64,000 bases of DNA, taken from positions 320,001 through 384,000 of the forward strand of contig OY968796.1 in assembly GCA_963695545.1 (NCBI GenBank), read 5' to 3'. The DNA comes from Terriglobia bacterium (lineage in GTDB: Bacteria; Acidobacteriota; Terriglobia; Acidiferrales; UBA7541). Below, piece by piece: positions 58,497 through 64,000 of the stretch. Positions within the stretch are counted from its first letter, which is position 1. The number at the start of each line of letters is the position of its first letter. Made by a program: the position numbers and the translations under genes. The notes under the pieces were generated by a model. That model had not been told where the DNA came from. It did not search any database and saw only the letters and a program-made list of their open reading frames with translations.

Positions 58497-59030
58497 CTAG
58501 GAGCGCCGCTTGCCACGGCGAGGCGCCGCCGCGGCCGCAGGATGCGCGGATTTAAGTCCGCGAGAAAGATTCGCCATTTCTACGGCCGCCAGCGCGGCCT
58601 CCTGTCCTTTGTTCCCGCTCTTGAGCCCGGCGCGATCGATGGCTTGCTCGAGCGTGTCGCACGTGAGCACGCAAAAAATCACCGGAATGCCGGTGTCCAT
58701 CTGCGCGAGCTGCAATCCGCGCGCGACTTCCGAAGCCACGTGATCGAAGTGCGCGGTTTCGCCCCGCAGGATGCAGCCGATGGCGATAACCGCATCCGCG
58801 CGCCCGCCTTGCGCGATTTTTTTCGCCGCCAGCGGAATCTCAAACGAGCCCGGCACGCGGACGATTTCGATTTTCCCCTCGGGAGCTCCGGCCGCGCGCA
58901 ACGCATCGAGCGCTCCCGCGAGCAATCTCTCGGTGATAAAGCTATTGAAGCGCGCGACGACAATGCCGAAGCGCAGTCCGCCGGCCGCGGCCGAACCGCG
59001 GGTATCCCGAATGTGATTCGATTTAATCAT
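58497..59030 (-). CDS. ribH: 6,7-dimethyl-8-ribityllumazine synthase
   Basis: [23 protein letters not shown]-like and GNKG motifs. Confidence 0.96.
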   Translation of the reverse strand: MIKSNHIRDTRGSAAAGGLRFGIVVARFNSFITERLLAGALDALRAAGAPEGKIEIVRVPGSFEIPLAAKKIAQGGRADAVIAIGCILRGETAHFDHVASEVARGLQLAQMDTGIPVIFCVLTCDTLEQAIDRAGLKSGNKGQEAALAAVEMANLSRGLKSAHPAAAAAPRRGKRRS

Positions 59031-59809
59031 TTGCCACGAAAAACCGCCGGCCGCTTTTCAAGAAACGCGCGCGTGCCCTCGCGAAAATCTTCCGTGCCCG
59101 CCGAAAGCCCGAACAACGTGGCCTCCAGGAACAATCCTTCCTGCAGCGGCATGTCGGCGCCGCGCTCAATCGCTTCCATCGCGTAGCGCACGGCCAGCGG
59201 CGCATTCGACGCGAACTTGTTCGCCAGCGCCTCAGCCGCGGCCAGCAACTCGCCGGGCTCGTACACGTGATTGACAATCCCAGCGCGCAGCGCCTCTTCC
59301 GCCGAAATCGTTTGGCCCGCAAGACACATTTCGTGCGCCACGCCCTTGCCGCACAAGCGCGCGAGCCGCTGCGATCCCCCGTAGCCGGGAATCAATCCCA
59401 GCGTCACTTCCGGCTGTCCAAATCGCGCCGTGCGGCTAGCCAGCCTGATCGTGCAAGCCAGCGCCAATTCGCAGCCCCCGCCCAGCGCGAATCCATTCAC
59501 CGCCCCAATCGAAGGCTTGCCCAAATTTTCCAGCCGCGTAAACACACTCTGCCCGAATAGAGCCAGCTCGCGCCCATCAAGCGCCGTACAGCGCGCCAGC
59601 TCGTTGATGTCCGCGCCGGCCACGAATGCTTTCTCTCCCGCACCGGTCAGAATCAGCGCGCGCACGCCGTCATCGCGTCCCGCGATCGAAACCACATCAT
59701 CGAGCTCGCGCATCGTCGCGGAATCGAGCGCGTTCAGCACCTTCGGCCGATTGACGGTAATGAAACCGACCGCGCCTTTTTGTTCGTACAATAAATTCTC
59801 GTACATCAT
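59027..59809 (-). CDS. Enoyl-CoA hydratase (crotonase)
   Basis: [25 protein letters not shown] and GQPEV..G.IPG.GG motifs. Confidence 0.93.
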   Translation of the reverse strand: MMYENLLYEQKGAVGFITVNRPKVLNALDSATMRELDDVVSIAGRDDGVRALILTGAGEKAFVAGADINELARCTALDGRELALFGQSVFTRLENLGKPSIGAVNGFALGGGCELALACTIRLASRTARFGQPEVTLGLIPGYGGSQRLARLCGKGVAHEMCLAGQTISAEEALRAGIVNHVYEPGELLAAAEALANKFASNAPLAVRYAMEAIERGADMPLQEGLFLEATLFGLSAGTEDFREGTRAFLEKRPAVFRGK

Positions 59810-59843
59810 GCGTTCCGCTCTCCGATTCGCCCCGGCGCGCGCA

Positions 59844-62387
59844 TCAATATTCTCCCGCCGCCAGCGTGACGGTCGTGTCTCCGCCCTGGCTGCGCGTTCG
59901 CTCCAAACCAATCTCGCCGCGGTTCATCAACTCGGTCACGATGTCTTCGCCGTCGTAATCCGGACGAATCGCCGCTTCGGCCACGGACGCCGAAACGCTT
60001 GACGCCGCGCCATCCCACGGCGGACGCAGCGCCGCCGCGGTCTTGCGCAATTTTTCAGCGAGCGTGTGCGCGCCTGTCGCGCGCGTATCCGGCAGAATGA
60101 ACGCCAGCGCCCACGACGTGTACTTCACCGCCAAATCGTTTTGCCGCACCTCAGCCTGGAACGCGCGCGCGACTTGCTCGAGGTAGCGCTCGAGTTGCGC
60201 TTCGCCGTGCTGCTGCAGCAATTCCTGGCCGTGGTCGAGCTGCACCAAAGCCAACGCCAGCGGAGTGCCCTGCGTACGCGCTCGCTGCACTTCGCGCAGC
60301 AAGCAATCCTGAAACGAACTGCGCCGAAGCAGCCCGGTTTTTTCGTCGGCCACGGCGAGATTGCGCATCATCGAACGCAGGCGCGTGTGATTCACACCCA
60401 GCAGCATCTGGTCGCCAACCGATTGCAGAAAATACGTTTCGTGCGGTCGCCAGGCATGCGGTGTAGCGAACGCCGCCAGAAGCATTCCGGCCGGCGTTTG
60501 AGATTCCGTGTCGGTCAGCACCACGCCAAGCACTGCCGCCAGACCCAGCTCCGCGAGAAGCGGCGAGACCGCTCCGGAAAGAGGCAGTCCTCCCATCGGA
60601 TCCGGCGCGGCGCGCTCGACCTGCGCGATTAAATGCACCACTTGAGCTCCGCTCGCGGGATCCACGCCCGGCCCGCAGAATTCCGCCGCCATCTGCGGTG
60701 GCTGGCCCGTCGCGCCGATCACGGCGATGCAACGCGTAGCGTGCAGGTAGTTGCCCACCTCGTTGACCACGGTGTTGAGCATCGCGCGCGCGCCCGATTG
60801 CCGCAGCAATTTTTGCGCGATTTCGGAAATGCGCGTCAAATCTCGCATGGTATCGCCCGAAGGAACCGTCACGGCTTCGGCCGCCACGCTCGGCGCCACG
60901 ATTTCCTCCGTGCCCGGACCTCCCGGCTGCCACTGCGCGAGCTGGCAAAGATTTCGCAAGCGCTCGTTGGTTTCGATCTCGTGAGGATACTGCGCGACAA
61001 TCTTTTCGAGGCGCTCCACAGCCTTTCCTCGCAAAGAATACTGAACGAAAATTTCCGCTTGCACGATCAGGTCTTCCAGCGCTTGCTCCGAAGATCCCTT
61101 CTCCGGCTCGGTCGGTTGCGTGCTGGCGGCCGCGCCCAAACGCGGCGTCGCGCTGCCGCCGGTGCCATGCGTGGCCCCGGCCTGCAATCGCGCGCGTATG
61201 CGGGCGATTGCACTGGCCGTAGTTTTGCCTTCGATCTTGGCCAGCCGCTCTTGATTGCGAAAGTCATACGCGTCCACGTCCACCATGCGCTCGAGCGTTT
61301 CGCACGCTCGCTCCATGTGGCCCGCTTCGACGTACAGATCGAATAGGCGTCCCAGCGCGTCGAAATATGTCGATTCGCGGTTCAACTCGCCGTAGAGTTT
61401 GCCGCGAAATTCCGCCAGCGCGATCGAGCGCGGATGCGCCTCAGCCAATTTGTCCACGTCCGCGGCAAATTCGTTTTCGCGGTGCGCGGCCCACATCGCG
61501 CTCTTCATCCCCGCGAGCACGTCGAGCGCGCCGTCGTCCTGCCCCGCCGCGAGGTATTGCGATACCACTTCCATCAAGTGCGCCGATCCCGCGGGATGCG
61601 TGCGCGCAAGCTCCTCAAATTCCGTTCGCGCGCGGTCCAGTTCGCCCGCCCGCATCAGCGCCGCACCGTAAATTTCAAGAAACGCCGCGTTGCGCTGCGT
61701 CGCGGCAAATGGTTCCAGCAGCGCCGCTGCCTCCGCCGCGCGCCCCTGCCCGAGCATGGCCTGCGCGTAAAGCAAAGCCACGCCCGGCTCCGCCGGCGCA
61801 AGCGCCTGCGCCCGCGCGAACCATTCGAGCGCCTGCTCCTGTTCGCCCGCCACCGCGGCAAGTTGTCCCGAGCGCAGGAATCCGCGCGCCGCCAGTGGCG
61901 CGTTCCCCAGTTGTTCTGCGAGTTCGCCCAGCGCGGCGTGCCGCGCCGGATTGTCCGTGTCCAGTTGCGCCATGCGGTCCAGACACGCCAGCGCGTAGTC
62001 CGTCTTGCCCGCCGCCAAAAATTTTTCCGAGGCCTGCACGTATTGCTCGAGCGCTTCGTCGTTGCGATTCTGCCGCTGCAACAGCACCGCGTAGCGCGCT
62101 ACGCGCTCGGCCGGCTGCGGCACGCTCTTTAGGAAACGCGAATAGAGCGCTAACGCCTTGCCCTCGTCGCCGGGATCCGTCGCGCGATCGAACAGCAACC
62201 CAAAATACGTGGCCGCGCGGTCGAATTGCCCCAGCCGCGCGTGCAAATCCCCCAGCGCCTGCAGCGCCTCGAGATGATTGGGCACCGCGTCGAGGACCAC
62301 TTGGTAGGCCTCGACGGCGTCGCCAAGCTTGTTCTTCTCGAGATAGCGCTTGGCGCGTTCGAGTTGCTTTTGGATATCTACTGCCAT
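59844..62387 (-). CDS. TPR-GAF-degenerate GGDEF protein
   Basis: N-terminal TPRs, GAF-like region, DEKTGL entry to a GGDEF fold, RQND I-site, active site replaced by TSWAL. Confidence 0.82.
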   Translation of the reverse strand: MAVDIQKQLERAKRYLEKNKLGDAVEAYQVVLDAVPNHLEALQALGDLHARLGQFDRAATYFGLLFDRATDPGDEGKALALYSRFLKSVPQPAERVARYAVLLQRQNRNDEALEQYVQASEKFLAAGKTDYALACLDRMAQLDTDNPARHAALGELAEQLGNAPLAARGFLRSGQLAAVAGEQEQALEWFARAQALAPAEPGVALLYAQAMLGQGRAAEAAALLEPFAATQRNAAFLEIYGAALMRAGELDRARTEFEELARTHPAGSAHLMEVVSQYLAAGQDDGALDVLAGMKSAMWAAHRENEFAADVDKLAEAHPRSIALAEFRGKLYGELNRESTYFDALGRLFDLYVEAGHMERACETLERMVDVDAYDFRNQERLAKIEGKTTASAIARIRARLQAGATHGTGGSATPRLGAAASTQPTEPEKGSSEQALEDLIVQAEIFVQYSLRGKAVERLEKIVAQYPHEIETNERLRNLCQLAQWQPGGPGTEEIVAPSVAAEAVTVPSGDTMRDLTRISEIAQKLLRQSGARAMLNTVVNEVGNYLHATRCIAVIGATGQPPQMAAEFCGPGVDPASGAQVVHLIAQVERAAPDPMGGLPLSGAVSPLLAELGLAAVLGVVLTDTESQTPAGMLLAAFATPHAWRPHETYFLQSVGDQMLLGVNHTRLRSMMRNLAVADEKTGLLRRSSFQDCLLREVQRARTQGTPLALALVQLDHGQELLQQHGEAQLERYLEQVARAFQAEVRQNDLAVKYTSWALAFILPDTRATGAHTLAEKLRKTAAALRPPWDGAASSVSASVAEAAIRPDYDGEDIVTELMNRGEIGLERTRSQGGDTTVTLAAGEY

Positions 62388-62529
62388 CCGAGACTGCTCA
62401 AAATGCTCCGAGGAATAGGTTTGGACCGGCGGAAGGTCTGCGGCGTCCGGACCAAATCTACTATATAACGTCCCGCGCTTCCCCGCCAAACCGAGCGTCC
62501 TAAGCGTTGCGAGAAGCGCCAGCCCGCCG

Positions 62530-62639
62530 TGTTTCAAGATATTTGTGGCGCATGGGCGTGAGGAACGAAAGCTTCGCGCCGCGCTCTAGGCGGGAAGCCT
62601 TCGTTCCTCACGTTCGGGCGACACAAATGTCTTGAAACA
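62530..62639. repeat. 110-bp imperfect palindrome (REP/MITE-like)
   Basis: TGTTTCAAGATATTTGTG / CACAAATGTCTTGAAACA outer arms and CGTGAGGAACGAA / TTCGTTCCTCACG inner arms. Confidence 0.75.
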
Positions 62640-62844
62640 TCGCATTCATTTCGAAATAATTTCCACAGCTCTTCGAATAGAATGCCCTATGAATAACATT
62701 GACATGTGAACTAACTATATCGTATCATCGGGAATGGACCGCGATCATACATCCCCGCCGCTAGCCTCCCGTCTCGCACCGTTGAACTCCCACCACTCCG
62801 CCCGTCGTCATAAGTCAAACTCTTCTGCACAAAAGTGCCCTTCC

Positions 62845-63042
62845 AACCCTTTTATTTTCAAGGCCGTGCAAATGAGTGTGCATCTTATTGAAAATAGGCG
62901 CTATCAAGTCCCTTTGTATTCACACTCATCCGCACTCTTTCCCTGCACCCCATTTGTTTTCAACACTTTAACAAAAACAGTGGGGGGTATATATACCCTT
63001 CACACTAGCTCTAAACCTAAACTCCTTTTCTTTCAGCGAGTT
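62845..63042 (+). repeat. Second degenerate repeat locus resembling 23504-26894
   Basis: Units at ~62845, 62906, 62947 and 63019 (e.g. ACCCCATTTGTTTTCAACACTTT) with AAAAACAGTGGGGGG tail; preceded by TTGACA-18-TATCAT (62699-62728). Confidence 0.55.
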
Positions 63043-63195
63043 CCGCAAACCCTCCAACAATCCGAATCTCTATGCAACATTAGCCGACAACTATGGGCTG
63101 CGTTGACTGATACGCCCCCGCGTGGCCCCGGCGCAAGAACCTCAGAAAAACTCTCGACGCAGAACATTTCTCACACCAAACGCGTATTAAGTGAC

Positions 63196-64000
63196 ATGAC
63201 GAGAACCAAGCACTACGTGCGCTTAAGTCTATTTGTCTTTTCCGTAGCCATTTTTGCCCATGGCCAAGCCCTGCCCCCAACCACACGTGCCGACGTTACA
63301 CCGTCCGTATCGCCACTGTGGGGGGATTTAGCTCCGGGGCCGTACCGGGTGGGTTTCCGCTCCTTGTTCAGATTCGATACTTCTCGCACTTGGGCAAGCA
63401 CGCGCGACTTCAAGGGGACGTTCTCTCCAGACCTGAGCGGAAGGCCCGTTCAGATCAACATTTGGTATCCAGCAAGAACGGATGCGGAAGCGAAGCAGAT
63501 GCACTTCGGAGACTACGTCGATCAGCTCTCGCCCGAAGCATTTTCGGAGTTCGACTCGATTATGAGGGACCGAAATCGGCAAGACGTGGTCGGCTCTGTT
63601 TCCCACGATCAACTCGCGGCATTGCAGGCAACGCCCATGAACGCATTCGGCGCCGCACCTCCGGCAGAGGGCCGCTTCCCGGCGGTGCTCTACTTTGGAG
63701 GTCTGGATGCGCAAATAAACTCGAACGTCATCCTATGTGAATACCTCGCAAGTCATGGATATATCGTCGCTAGTGTTTCATTACTGGGGCCTACAAACGA
63801 GCAAACCTTTCAGTCACGAACATCCGAAGACCTTGAAGCCAGCGTGCGAGACATGGAATTTGCTTGGTCGGTCCTGGCCGAGAACCCAAGCACGGATCGA
63901 ACAAGACTTGCGGTCATGGGCCACAGTGTTGGTGCAATTGAGGCTGTGCTGTTCGGAATGCGCAACGCAAACGTCTCCGCTGTCATCGCCCTGGATGGCA
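63196..64000 (+). CDS. Secreted alpha/beta hydrolase, 3'-truncated
   Basis: Not in the ORF track because there is no stop in the window. Reads MTRTKHYVRLSLFVFSVAIFAHG..., GPYRVG, NIWYPA, LASHGYIV, GHSVG nucleophile elbow, ALDG. Confidence 0.88.
   Translation, partial: MTRTKHYVRLSLFVFSVAIFAHGQALPPTTRADVTPSVSPLWGDLAPGPYRVGFRSLFRFDTSRTWASTRDFKGTFSPDLSGRPVQINIWYPARTDAEAKQMHFGDYVDQLSPEAFSEFDSIMRDRNRQDVVGSVSHDQLAALQATPMNAFGAAPPAEGRFPAVLYFGGLDAQINSNVILCEYLASHGYIVASVSLLGPTNEQTFQSRTSEDLEASVRDMEFAWSVLAENPSTDRTRLAVMGHSVGAIEAVLFGMRNANVSAVIALDG

Overview
A GC-rich bacterial chromosomal segment whose gene content is typical of Acidobacteriota (inference). It is mostly housekeeping: priA, HU/IHF, dcd, purC, smc, a rodZ-like gene, a nucleoside salvage operon (pdp-nupC-punA-cdd-deaminase), suhB, a moaD-moaE fusion, tRNA-Glu, a complete isc operon, coaD, manA/manC/manB, nusB-ribH and two GGDEF-domain proteins. 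It also carries a tandemly duplicated, putatively sigma54-driven minor-pilin cluster (fimT-pilV-pilW-pilX x2). The standout feature is a 3,256-bp IS1595-family element (23586-26841) with 24-bp TIRs and a 7-bp CTTAAAG target duplication, inserted into a 39-bp-period repeat array that lies behind a strong promoter. Its cargo is: (i) a class II, Ser-type tRNA body with an Ile (UAU) anticodon, no encoded CCA and an acceptor stem locked by 10 extra base pairs; (ii) a 34-codon AUA-containing leader ORF ending at that stem; (iii) a 138-aa hypothetical protein; (iv) a DUF3800 protein preceded by its own promoter and a ~60-nt three-way-junction RNA. Together these look like a candidate mobile tRNA/AUA-decoding (possibly mistranslation- or defence-type) system. 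That functional reading is inference and has not been tested.
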